A DNA stretch of 64,000 nucleotides, taken from the NCBI RefSeq assembly GCF_004010195.1, contig NC_057712.1, positions 87,911,872 through 87,975,871 of the forward strand. The letters are read 5' to 3'. Below, piece by piece: positions 26,065 through 38,694 of this stretch. Source of the DNA: Chiloscyllium plagiosum. Lineage: Eukaryota. Each line of letters begins with the position of its first letter. Within the stretch, counting starts at the first letter, position 1. Both the position numbers and the translations under genes were made by a program. The notes beneath the pieces are model-generated. The model made no database searches, was not told the origin of the DNA, and worked only from the letters and a program-made list of their open reading frames with translations.

Positions 26065-27971
26065 GATATGGATAACATCTGATTGGAGTGAGTCAAACAT
26101 AATGTGCTAGGAAGGCAACAAATCATTCAAGAACTTGGAGGGAAAAGGTAGGTTGGCCGTATCTCTTGACTGAAATTTTAAGTAGTTTAAATACTTTATA
26201 AATAACTTGGTTTTAGAATAGTTATATACAGAGTCCTCAGAATTAATGAAGTGAACTAATTAGTTCCAAATAGAATTCAACTAGTATTATTGCTATATTT
26301 ACAAATGACAATTACATAAGGCAAAATCTAATAATACAAAGACTGATTAATACTATACTTAAGCCACAACATACATCCAGTTATGGACTTAATTTCTTCC
26401 TTTGATTTAATTTATTACTCAAAATGAAAATGTAAATAGTATGGGGTTTGATAACCTGTAATCAAACACCATCAAATCCAACTGAAAATTATTACTGTGC
26501 AGCTTAGGAATTGTTTTATAATTACAACTCGGAACTGTGTAGGAGAGAAATCACTTGTTCACTAAACAAATCTGATGCAGGCAATGAATCCTCTACAAAC
26601 TGAACTGTGACATTTTCATGACCTAATTCTGAGAAAAGGAGGAAGATGGGACAGTTGTTGTACAAAGGGTGAATGAGCAGCTGGGTCGTTATTAAAGGAT
26701 TATCTGAATTGTACATTAGTTTATCCATCAGTTGCACTGTGTACGGTTGCTGCACCAATTAATTCACGAATAAGGAGCAGAGTTCACCTTTCCTTAAGTA
26801 TGGTAGATATCAGATAATTAGTGTATTTTGTCCCTTTTTGTTTAATTTTTAGTACTTCTTTCCCATAAACGTTTCTTCTTCATTTTGTATCCAACTGTCT
26901 TGTATGTAGTGATCTGTGTTACACTGCAGCTCAGCAAATAGAGATATGCCACTTGCACCTTGTCTGATGGCTAATTTTGAGTTGAATTGAGAAAATAAGC
27001 AACTATTAAGGCATGAACAGCGAGTCAGACCGTGTCCACGTATCAAGCACATTGATACACATTATTCCAAAATAATAGATAATGATCAGCTGCAGGAACC
27101 CTAGATAGTTCTTTCACCACCCATCCTAATATGATGTATCCCATCATAGAATCCCTACTTTGATATCAATTTAAATTAACCCAATGTAAATCAAGGATTG
27201 AATTTGAGGCTTCCCCGTCCCATAAGACTCTAACATCATATTTAACTACAATGTCACAAAAAGAACCAAAGACTTACTTTCAATTAACAATTGTCCTATA
27301 GAAAGTGCACCTTATAAGGTTGCTTTTAATCTGTTTGGTAATATCAGTTTAGAAAATGTTGAAATTGAATAAAGTGAGATGTGAACAATTATATACTATC
27401 CTGTGCTTTTGCATTTGAATTACAGATATTTTTGTGAGACAGCTTGTACTTCCAGCAGACTATGTACATTTCAAATGCACGTTTGTTCCTCTGAGTTTTT
27501 TTTAATTGTTGCACTAGGTATTGTCTCAAGTTCAACATCACCAGTTCTTTTTGTAAATTGCCACCACATCATCTGTAATCTGGAGTGCACTTTTCCCTGA
27601 AAAATATCTAGATGAACAACAGCATGGACAAGAGGTCAACAATGGTCACATTTCTAATGCAATAAAGCAAACACCAATTTCTTCAGTACACAAAGGCAAT
27701 GAAATAAATGAACCTGAAAATTACAGTCTGAGTTACCCTGCTTTTCCATAGATTTCACTATCCCAAAACTTCATGCACACATTAGGCATGTAATCTATGT
27801 AAAAGGGTAAAATTTTGATACTTAATTTTTGGTTATTGAGATAAAAGGCAGAAAAGATTTGGACTAGTGCATTGAGACTTGAGCATATTATTGATGCTAT
27901 GAACAGTGACAGTTACTGCAAACAAATTCTCTGACACTGAAAGTGTAATTTTATTTATGTCATGTACTCAT

Positions 27972-28750
27972 AAAATCATAGAAGTCTACAGCACAAAAGA
28001 GAACCCTTTGGACTATCAGGTCTGTCCCAGTCAAAAATAACCAGCTAATTATTTTAATCCCATTCCAGCCCTTAGCCCATGGTCTTGAATGCCTTGGCAT
28101 CGCAAGTGCACATCTAAATACTTCTTAAATGTTGAGTGTCTCTGCCTTTACCACAGTTACAGACAGTGAGTTCCAGGTTCCCACCTCCATCAAGGTGAGA
28201 GAATCTTTCCTCACATTCCCCCCAAACCTCCTGCCCCCAGCCATTGATCCCTTCTCCAAGGGGAAGGTCTCTTTCTGTCTACCCTATCTAAGCCACATAA
28301 TTTTATATATTGCAATCATGTCACCTCCCCAATCTCAGCCTGTATTGCACCAAGGAAAGCAATCTTAGTCTATCCAATCTCTCTTCATAACTAAAACCCT
28401 CCAGTCCAGGCAACATTCTGGTGAATCTCCTGTGCACTCTCTCTAGTACAATCACATCCTGCCTATAATGTGGATTCCAGAACTACACATAATACTCTAG
28501 CTGTAGTGTAGCCAAAGTTTTATATAGTTTCAGCATCACCTCCATGCTCTTGAACTCTATGCCTCAACTAAGAAATCTCATACTCCTCTAAACCACTTTA
28601 TCTACCTGTCCTGTTATCTCCAAGGGCCAGTGGACATAAATACCACAGTATCTCTAACCCTCGGTACATTCCAGGGTCTTAATGATCATTATACATTGTT
28701 TGTCTGCCAGGTGCAGATCTCACATTTATCAGGATTAATTTCCTTGCCCT
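27972..28750 (-). mobile_element. CR1 3' fragment
   Basis: tcatagaagtctacagcac tail; ccaggcaacattctggtgaatctcc is the reverse complement of RRFTRMLP. Confidence 0.8.
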
Positions 28751-30179
28751 GAAATCAAGGATCAAAGGGACCAAATACCCATTTGAAGAGCTGCCTGCTC
28801 TCCATTGCAAGTAGCATCACCGAGAGGAATGGTAATTACTGCCCAGCAATGCAATCATGAGAGGGCCAGGATCAGCAAGACATGCAGGCAACAGCTGAGG
28901 GAACACGGGATTGAAGTCTGAGAGAGAGGATCTCCCCCTGCTTCCTGATTGTACTTCCAGTATGTAACTTTTGGAAATTGCTGTTCCAGACAGATATCTT
29001 ATTCTCTTATCAGACATCTTGTTCATCAGAGAATGTGGCTTGCAGTATAAATTACTGCTAAGTTATGACAGTTTTGTATTGTGCAGCGACATTTGACCTT
29101 GACTCTGCACAAATGTATTATGTCTCCAAAGCTTGTTGTCCCAAGTACAAGGTGACGGGGAGACATAGATCACTGTATCCTCCAAGTTTCCCTCTAAGTC
29201 TTACAGTAACCTGACTTGGATAAATATTGTCTTTCTTCCAGTGTCATAAGCTCGAAGTCCTGGAAATTCCTACCTGTTCCCAAGAAGAGTAATATAAGAT
29301 TTGAAACATTCACTTTGCTTGTGTCTCCATTAGTGCTTCGAGACCTGCTGAGCTTCACCAAGACTTTCTGCTTTTTGCTTCTTACCAGACTGCTTTGTGG
29401 CATCACAGTTTTAGAAAAAGTGCAAAAATGAATGTTGAATAGTAAATGATTTTAAGCAATAAATTTTGGCTGTGGTATGGTCTTCCATATCTCAAGAATT
29501 AGTTTAAAAGACTTTTCTGTCAAAAGGAAGATGAATTTTTTTGATTGTTCTAAACCAGTTACAAAGATATCAGGATGCGTACTGAGCCTTTGAGTTACTC
29601 AACATGTTACCTACATGAGATACTTCCATTAGTTTCAATAGTGTAATTAGAAATTCGAAGTCTGAAAGCTTTTTGTCTTGTCCAGTCACTCTTGGGAGAT
29701 TTCAGAAGTGATACATTTCTATCTGTCATGCTTACAGGTTGATTACTTGAGAACCAAATATGTACACTTGCCGATTTGATGGACAGGAAAACATTCGACC
29801 ATCAGTGGATCATGCATGCCTCACAGACTATGATAGTTGCACAAATGTGACTAGATATTCCCACTGCCTTGCAACCATGTAACATCCTGGGAGATAGGCT
29901 TGGGGAGAAAGCGTGGCTGCCATAAAAACCTGGAGATAATTTTCACCTATCACAGAACATAAATCTAATGTCGCATGAAAGATGCCTGTTATAGAAAATC
30001 CTTACTTTCTTTCGTATTTATTTCAAGGAAAAAGAAAATAACAGTTTCTATAACAGACACTTGGACCTCAAAACCAGTTTTCCCTCGACTCCTTAAATGC
30101 TGCAGAACAACATTGTTATTCATTTTTATCTGATTCATACAGTCTACTAGATGTGCTCATTTGACCAAATATTAGTGTC

Positions 30180-30660
30180 TTTCTGTAGTGTCTATTCCCC
30201 ATGCAAAATAGTAAGGGCTGGGCAAAAGAAAAGCTGGCGTATCCAGTGATGCCAAATGCCACGATTAGATAATTAAAAGAGGTGACCTCACTGGAAAAAT
30301 GTGAGATTTTGAGGTAGCTCAACAGGGTAGATGTTGAGAAGATATTTTCTGTTATGGAGATATCTCAAATTAAAGGGCACAGTTTTAAAATAATGGCTGT
30401 CCTATTTGAGACAGCAACAAGGCAAAATGTCTTCTCTTAGGGGTTGTTGGTCTTTGGGATTCTCTTCCACAGTGCACACTGGAAGTTGGGTGATTGAATA
30501 TATTTAAGGCTGAGCTAGACAGATTTTTAATATACAGGGAAATGAAGGATAATGGAGGACAGATAGACTTTTGGCCACGTTTGATCAGTCATGATCGTAT
30601 TCAATGGCAGAACAGGCTTGATGGTCCAAATGGCCTAGTCCTGCTCTAATTTCTTCTGAT
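30180..30660 (+). mobile_element. CR1 3' fragment
   Basis: aagaggtgacctca (RGDL), ...aagggcacagttttaaaat (GH..K), 3'UTR aatggcctagtcctgctc. Confidence 0.7.
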
Positions 30661-30869
30661 TTTACATTTAAATTATAGCCACTGTTGGTGGTTTGGGAAG
30701 CATGGGAGCCAGAGAATACACAATGACAGAATCCTCAATTGGGAAAGTGATAATGAGTAGATAACCTGTTTTAGGGATGCTAGTTGATCCTGGAGGAATG
30801 CTGTATTTTTACTGTATCAGTTGTATATGGTAGAAATGACAAATAAAAGCTTCTCTCTCTCTTGGTCAG

Positions 30870-31300
30870 GAAACTTGAGAGAAATTTCCTGGACTTGTGT
30901 ATTGTTGAAAAGAATCTGACAATCAATTTCAGGCTTGTTAGGGAGCTCACATTGCCGCATTTGTATGGATTGAAAGCCATATATGTTAATACACAAGACC
31001 CTGTTCTTTGCAGACAGAAATAACATATACACACACTGTATGTGTTTCAAATCCACAAGCATGTGACAGCCATTCTCTGGTTTAGTTCTCAGGGCAATAT
31101 TTTGATTAATTAGTGTCAATCTGCCTGGTGCCTGGCAGTTAGCTGTCAGTCATCACCTAATGGGTGCATTCTTCATGGCAACACCTCGATCAATCACAAT
31201 CTGCTTGCACATGAAATGTAGTTTTAATTTTACATTTTGCAAATTGTCCTGATGAGTTCAAGAGTAAAGGCTTTTACAAAATATGTCTTTATGTGTAGCA
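30870..31300 (+). mobile_element. Penelope-like element 3' end with decayed hammerhead
   Basis: 30961 reads LYGLKAIYVNTQDPVLCRQK*HIHTLYVF (cf. PLE LEAIYI...P.LCRQK). gtc-CTGATGA-gttcaagagtaaaggct at ~31246-31275 is a damaged hammerhead-like core. Confidence 0.5.
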
Positions 31301-31889
31301 GTTTTCAAGTTCTGTCCTTCCAAATGACTATTTTGTAATCTTCTTAAGAGTCCCATGATCTAATTTAAATCCACTCCAAGTAACAAGAGATTACATTTAA
31401 TGTCTCATCCAAAAGACAAAATTTCTACCAGTGCAGCACTCTTTCAGGATTAAACTAGAGTACACCCAGAGTTACCACCCAGCTCATGCACTTTGCTGAA
31501 TTTTGTGACGAGTCCTTTCGGATCCTGGGCATTCTATTTTCCAGTAGGATTGAATCATGCTACTTCAAGGCCAATCTTCTTCTACCGTGCACCCGGAGTA
31601 CAATCAGAACTCGAGGTCATAACAGATGCCTGAAAAGCAGAGATTTGGTTTGCCTGATCTCCCCCTCCCTTACCTTCCCCTGGAATACTTTCAGAAGGTA
31701 ATGGGTGATGTAACGGTGGGGGAAGATGGCTCAGTGTAAACAGGGGTACACGTTACAAGCTGCTGTTCTGGTGCTGTAGAAAAGCCCCTACCTCTGCCTG
31801 GGAAAATCTGGATTCAAGTCCCACCTGTCCCCGAGATATGTCATAACATAACTGAATAGGTTGAATAAACAACTGCATTCGAAATAAGT

Positions 31890-32652
31890 CTTTACGGGCG
31901 AAGCTTTTATTTTGTTTTTCTTTCTTTAAAGTCTCGTGCATATACACATCGGGTCTCTGTTCCTGCACCCATTGTAAACCAGTATCATGTCATTGACATT
32001 AGCTCTCCTTATTCTGCCGGCCATTTGATACACATTACATCAGCACGCGCGTCTGCCCACTCAGCTTTTGTACAGTATCCATTAATGTTATGGAAAGGCA
32101 CAGGACAGACTTCCAGCTCGCGGTTCTAGCTGCAAGGTAACACGCCCCCGGCACTTTCTGCTCAGTGTGTTACACAATTACAAAGTTAGAAGTCTGGCGT
32201 CATTGCCGAAATGAATTATCCCAACATATGTTGCCGAGATACTGCTGACTATTTGAACATAATTGACATTCGATTAAGCTTGTAAAGACGCGAAGAGCAG
32301 ATGCGAGTGGAGAGCGAACTGTTGCAGAGGGAGCTTGGCAGGATCTGTACTTCACTCACCTCAATCTCTTCCAGGCTCGGCTCGGCTGGAGATACCAGCG
32401 GAGTTCCCAGGCTGACAACACAACCTCATCAACTCACGGACAGGTCTCACTCAAATCCAGCTGCTTGTCACTTGCCCAGCACATTTGCTGATCTCCGCAA
32501 AAGCCAAGACTTCTGAAAGGAGGGGAGGCGTGTCAGCGTGTTGTTAGAAACACACACATTGAGCTCACAGCAGCCAGCCAGGGAGATACAGAAGGCAGAC
32601 TTGGAGTTAAGGAGTATTATCAAAGAACTCCTCCGACATAAAGCAGGTAAGG
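31890..32652 (+). promoter_or_regulatory. Candidate MCHR2 promoter and non-coding first exon ending at donor 32646/32647
   Basis: Local rise in CpG/GC (cacgcgcgt, cacgcccccgg, gctcgcgg) in non-repetitive sequence, ending in a strong donor AAGCAG|GTAAGG. The first coding exon has a splice acceptor 26 nt before the ATG, which implies an upstream non-coding exon. Confidence 0.5.
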
Positions 32653-32799
32653 GTTGAATTAAGTTAAGATACTAAACATGTATAAGAAAAGACATTTATG
32701 TATTGTCAATACAGAATATCACAAAGTGTTATCATTATCTATGTTATAGCCATACGTGTGTATCAATTTGCTTTACCGATTACATTAGTTGAAAACTTT

Positions 32800-32931
32800 G
32801 AGGAGAAAGTGAGGTCTGCAGATGCTGGAGATCAGAGCTGAAAATGTGTTGCTGGAAAAGCGCAGCAGGTCAGGCAGCATCCAGGCAACAGGAGAATCGA
32901 CGTTTCGGGCATAAGCCCTTCTTCAGGAATC
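32800..32931 (-). mobile_element. Young single-arm family-A element with intact hammerhead core on the - strand (32894-32931)
   Basis: Minus strand GATTC-CTGAAGA-A-GGGC-TTAT-GCCC-GAA-ACGT-C-GATTC. cattagtt is duplicated at 32783-32790 and 32931-32938. Confidence 0.85.
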
Positions 32932-34761
32932 ATTAGTTCACTGTTGGGACACATCTGCTACATTAGATCATTGAAAATCATACAAGTCCAGTTATGGTTC
33001 GAGTAGTGGTTTGGACAGACAGGTAAAGCTGGGATCTGTTAGCCAGTGATTCATAATCTAACTTTATAACCACTCCTGCCCAAACCTGTTAGTGATCGAT
33101 AAAATGGAACTTTCACCCTCACTAATCCAGAATCTGGTTTCCAGCATCTGCAGTCATTGTTTTTACCTCACTGACCAGCAGAGTGTACAAACGAAACTGG
33201 GAGAGACTTCTGCAGTTTGCGATTTTCTGGTGTTTAAGAAAATCGAGATCCTCTATCGAGTGCCGACAAACCAGTGTCTCAATACACTGGCAGCAAGGGA
33301 AACTAATAAATATTTTGCGTGCATTGAAGAAAACAGCGGCGGCCTCTTTGCACCAGAGTTACGCCATGATTGCAGCAGCATTTGAGAAAGCGCAGGCATA
33401 TTAAGAAGTTGGTATTGTACCGGAGCTAGTCGGTAAGTTTGTTGGCTTCTTGCAGACAGTTGATTGCTGTTCCCTTCAGAATTACTCGGAAAGAAAAGGT
33501 GGCAAGAGACATTAGGGAAAGAACTGACGGCCTTTCAGATCAGTAACTATTGCAAGAAACAGTTCTGTCTGAACAAATGTTATTTAAAGATATATACGTT
33601 TCATACAGGTCACTTCAATGGTTGTCGTCTTGCAGACCTGCTGAGCATCACTAAAAAGAGGTGTCAAGGTAGTTGTGTTTAAAATCTGCTTCCTCCTCGC
33701 TCGTTTTTCCTTTTCTGGGCATTATCAGCTTCAGGCCATTAACTATCGAGAGGATATTAACGCTGGAGAACGCTCAGATGAAACCCAATTCTGTCCCCAC
33801 CCAGCACGGGAAGGTAGGTTAAAAAGCTTCATAGCGAGCACATTATCCATCAAATGAATATTGTTTAGTTGATGCTCAATGTGCTGTCAGCTTAATTTTG
33901 TACAAATGAAATATAAACGTGACTCATTTAAATTTGACCACAACCGATAATTAATGTTTGATTATGTAAAGCGTGCTAGGTACATCAATGTTGTCAGCAC
34001 TGAGACACCACCGTCCCGCCTGAGGGGCGAATGGACAGTGACAATCTCTGAAGCGTCTGTTCAAGAGAAACGGTGGAGCAGCGGAAGAGGCTGGGGAAGA
34101 TGCGGCATAATAATTGCCCTCCGTCTGGAAACAAAATCAAAATTCCAAAATAAAAACATGCCTCCCACCCCGAAAGTTCGGAACAAGAAACTCGGTCGAT
34201 CTGGCAATATCTGTGGAGAGGGAAACAGGATTTGATGTCTCCTGGTCAAACAGGAGCTTCAGGTCTGCAGGAAGGGCTGTTCATTGGTAGAATTAACGGA
34301 GTCTCCTATCATGTTCTCAGTATTTTCCTGAATTTTGGAAAGGTTCCTCTTTCTCCTTTGGTGACACTTTTGGTGGAATACACCGATTTTTAATCAGTCA
34401 CGAACGGTTATGTGGAGAAAACAGGAAAGTGGCGATGATGTCATGATCCCATGAAAAGGAGCAGACTGGATGGGCTGAATGGCCTACTTCTGCTCCCATG
34501 TCTCATGCTGCTATGATCCGAGACAGTAACCATTCAGGACACAATTCATAATTGGTATTTTGACTTTTTGCCCTGTCTTAAACAACCCTTGTGGCACCAT
34601 AGTAGACCAGGGTTCAATCCTACCTACGCCAAAAGCATGTGTTAATATCTCTGAACAGCTTGATTTAGAAAATATCTACCCTGTAACCCTGCATTTCCCA
34701 TGGCTAAACCATCTAGCTTGCAGGTCCCAGGACAGTATGGAAAATTTTACTTTCAAACCGT

Positions 34762-35061
34762 GGGTGGCACGATGGCACAGTGGTTAGCACTGCTGCCTCA
34801 CAGTGCCAGAGACCCGGGTTCAATTCCCGCCTCAGGCGACTGACTGTGTGGAGTTTGCACGTTCTCCCTGTGTCTGCGTGGGTTTCCTTCGGGTGCTCCG
34901 GTTTCCTCCCACAATCCAAAGATGTGCAGGTCAGGTGAATTGGCCATGCTAAATTGCCCGTAGTGTTAGGTAAAGGGGTAAATGTATGGGTGGGTTGCGG
35001 GTCGGTGTGGACTTGTTGGGCCGAAGGGCCTGTTTCCACACTGTAATGTAATCTAATCTAA
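34762..35061 (+). mobile_element. HE1 SINE, young, full length
   Basis: A box tggcacagtgg, B box ggttcaattcc, V-domain, tail ctgtaatgtaatctaatcta. Confidence 0.93.
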
Positions 35062-35160
35062 ACCTTTTTTAAAACCAAAATGAGTTTAATGCCAATAAAA
35101 CAATTCATTGTATTGCAGTTCCAACCTCCACAACTGAAGGTGAAAGGAAATATTCTTTTA

Positions 35161-35550
35161 AAATAAAAAACCGAAGGAACTGCAGATACTGGAAGTCAGA
35201 AACAAAAACAGAAATTGCTGGAAAAGCTCAACAGGTCTGGCAGCATCTGTTGAGGGAAATCAGCGATAATGTTTCAGGCCAGTGACCCTTCACTGGACCC
35301 AACATGTTAATTCTGATTTCTCTCCACAGATGCTGCCAGATCTGTTGAGCTTCTCCAGAACTATTGTTTTGTCTGTCTGTATTAACTTATGGACTGATTT
35401 CAGCAAAACCTGGTGTACAGATAGGTTACGGCAGAAAGAAGAACTGAATTACAGCAAAAATAAATTGCTAGAGAAACTCAGCAGGTCTGGCAGCAACTGT
35501 GGGAGAAATCACGGTTAATTTTTTAGTCCAGTGGCTCTTCATCAGAACTG
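35161..35550. mobile_element. Older palindromic PLE-derived elements (two adjacent copies)
   Basis: gaactgcagatactggaagtcagaaac...ctggcagcatctg arm, inverted as cagatgctgccagatctgttgagc around the centre ccagtgacccttcactgg. A second arm lies at ~35452-35550. Related relics at ~6750-6830, ~16105-16230, ~29270-29390, ~34135-34260 and ~52225-52310. Confidence 0.7.
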
Positions 35551-36379
35551 TTTAGTTTTTCATGAAGATGTAGATGTAGACTTGGATCCTTATTCTGGAA
35601 TTTTGCAAAGGATCCCTTAACACTGGGAGATAGGGACTTTCTTATAGAGTGTTGTAGTTTGTGTTATTTAAAATGCTGTGGATTGTTTTAGAATAATATG
35701 GATTGTCTTGGCTACTGTGACAGAATTAGCTTTCAAATCATAGAATTCCTACATGTGGAAGCAGCCATTCAACCTATCAAGTCCGCACCAACCATCCAAA
35801 GAGTATCCCACCTATACAAACCATCCTAGCTTATCTTTGTAACCCTGCATTTCCCATGGCTAATCTACCTAGCTTGCACATCCCAGCACAGTATGGACAA
35901 TTTAGCATGGCCAACCTATCAAGCCTGCACATCTTTGGAGTGTGGGAGGAAACCAGAGCACCTGGAGAAAACCCACTGCAAGCAGAGTTTTCACAGCCGG
36001 TTGTTGAAAGTGAGCTTAAAGTGAGATGGAAACTCTTAATAAGAAGATTTATTTCTGGCTTTGTAACTACAGAGCATCAAGCAGGCAGTGAAAACCCTTA
36101 GGAAGAAACTGTGTTATTACAATTGCATTTAATTAAAACAGCGTATAAGACATATGTAATCTACAGAGTGTCCTCTTCACTTAGTTTATAACAATGAATG
36201 ATAACCTGATAGTTTCACCATTAAATGACATTTTTCCAAGATGTGTAAATGATCTTTCACTCAATACCTACGGACTTTCCCACATACATAATGGCCAATG
36301 ATGCTAAAAAAGCTGTTGCTGAGAATATAAAGATAAATGGAGAACCCTGACATTTTTTTAATGGATGACAGTATAGAGG

Positions 36380-37545
36380 ATGAGCAGATAGGTAAGAGCC
36401 TATGGGACCAAAGGAAATTTGTTTATTTGGATCCAGGGTTATTTGAGTGGCAAGAAGCAGGGGTAATATTTGAGGAGTGTTTTGGTGATTGGAAGCCTGT
36501 GTCTAGTGCTGTTCCTCAGGGATCAGTTTTGGGTTTTCTGCTGTTTGCGGTACATATAAATGATTTAGACTTGAATATATGAGGTTCTGGATTAGTGGTG
36601 CTGGAAGAGCACAGCAGTTCAGGCAGCATCCAAGGAGCAGTGAAATCGACGTCTCGGGCAAAAGCCTTTCACGTCGATTTCGCTGCTCCTTGGATGCTGC
36701 CTGAATTGCTGTGCTCTTCCATCACCACTAATCCAGAATCTGGTTTCCAGCATCTGCATCATTGTTTTTACCTCGTTTTTACCTTGAATATATGAGGGCT
36801 GACCAGTAAGTTCACAAATGACATGACAATTTATGGATGGTAAATAGTGAGGAAGGTAGTGTTGATGTTCACTGGTCCCTTAAGGTAGCAGGACAGGTAG
36901 TTAAGGTGGTTAAGAAGAAATATGGGATACTTACCTTTATTAGATGAGGCATAGATTTTAAGAGCAGGGAGACAATGTGGGAACTGTAAAAAAATATTGG
37001 TTAGGCCACAGCTAGAGTATTGTGTGCAGTTCTGAATTCCACATTATGGAAGGGATATGATTGCACTGGAGACGTTGCCGAGGAGATTTATCAAGATATG
37101 ACCTGGGTGGCAGAGTTTCAGTTATGAAGAGATTCGATAGACTGGGATTCTTTTCTTTGGAGCAGAGGAAACTAAGTGGGGGGCACAATTGAGATACACA
37201 AAATTATGGGAGGCATAGGTAGGAAGAAACTTGTCCCTTTGGAGGGATAAATGACCACAGATTTAAAGCATGGAAGGGGCAGGAGATTTAGAGGGGGTGT
37301 GAGAAAAATATTTTTCACCCAGAAGAAGGTGGAATCTGGTGGTCACTGCCTAAGAGAGTGGTGGAGGCAAAAACCTTCACAACATTTAAGAAGCATTTAG
37401 ATGTACACTTGCAATATTAAGATATACAAGGCTATGGGCCAGATGCTGGAAAATGGGATCAGAACAGTTGGAGCTTGTTTTTGACCAGCTCAGGTTTGAT
37501 GAGCTCTAGGGCTTTTCTCTGTGATGGAGAGACTGTAACTGTATA
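36380..37545 (+). mobile_element. CR1 RT and 3' fragment, interrupted
   Basis: ORF 36337: WKPVSSAVPQGSVLGFLLFAVHINDLD. It continues after the insertion (SKF..D, LVRPQLEYCVQF). Confidence 0.88.
36585..36782. mobile_element. Palindromic family-A-related element, centre deleted
   Basis: Arms ttctggattagtggtgctggaagagcac.../...accactaatccagaa. 15-bp TSD cttgaatatatgagg at 36570-36584 and 36783-36797. A same-subfamily fragment lies at ~33120-33168. Confidence 0.88.
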
Positions 37546-37977
37546 GAAATGCAATAATTCACTTGGATTCTGTTGTTGTGGTTAGACCATATCAATGGAT
37601 GGGCACATGAATTTTGTTTTGGCTGTGGAGGTTAGAAGTTTTTATATTTTTAATATGTTTTAAAAGTGTGTACTTCTATGCACTTCCTACAAAACCTACT
37701 TTCTGCTGTCAAGTTCTCTCTATGAATTTCAATGTACATATATATTATGACTACTGTTCATATAACAGTCCCAAAGTAATTACATCCTCCCACCCATGTG
37801 GTATTGCAGTTCAGTTCTGCACCACCCAACTCCCAGGAGAAATTGTTATGCTCCACATATTTCTGTGAGAAAATATTACAGCCACTCATCGATGACTTTA
37901 AAGGCAGGGAACACATTAAATACAGCACATGATCTGACACTGCCTACTCACCCTTCCCAAGTTGTCTCCCACTTTAC

Positions 37978-38585
37978 GGAGAAACATAGGAACAGGAGTT
38001 GACCATTCAGCCCCTTGAGCCTGTTCCGTCATTCAATGAGATGTTGGCTGATCTATGGCCTAACTTCATATACCTGCCTTTGGCCCATATCCCTTAATAC
38101 ATTTGCTTAACAATCTCTCTCAAACATAAAATTAACAATTGAATAGCATCAACTGTCTTCTGTGGAAGAGACTTCAAACCTCTACCATCCTTTGAGTATG
38201 GAAGTGCTTCTCAATATCTCTCCTGCATGGTTTGGCCTAATTCTCAGAGTATGCCCCCTAGTTCTAGAAGCTCCAACCAGTGGACCTACTCTGTCTTTTC
38301 CTGTAAATATCCTGAAGACTTTGATCAAATCACCCCTTAATCTCTGAAATTCTAGACAAAGCAGACATAATTTATAAATTCCCTTCATAACGTAATCCCT
38401 GAAGTCCAACTATCATTCTTGTAAACCTACGTTGTATTTCCTTCAAGGTAAATATATCCTTCCAAACATATGATGCACAGATCTCCTCCAAGTGGGGCCT
38501 CACCAGGGATTTGTACAGCTGCCATATGATTCTGCATCCTTATAATACAGTCCTCTAGATATAAAAGTCAGCACACCGTTAGTCA
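37978..38585 (-). mobile_element. CR1 3' fragment
   Basis: ORF 38182-38409: LEFQRLRGDLIKVFRIF...SRTRGHTLRI. Confidence 0.85.
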
Positions 38586-38694
38586 TCTTAAATATGAAAA
38601 TGTTGGCCATTTCAGTTCCTCACCTCACCTCTATCACTAATGCACCTTGTTGGTGGGAAGTCTTCATTCAGTGAGTAGTAAGACAGCTTTAGCT

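Noticed and set aside
32425-32450. RE1/REST-like cacggacag
   Set aside because: Only the right half-site matches; the left half TCAGCACC is absent.
34762-34835. tRNA-like sequences (also at 6139, 7800, 25786, 45270)
   Set aside because: These are SINE heads continuing into the V-domain and LINE tail, not tRNA genes.
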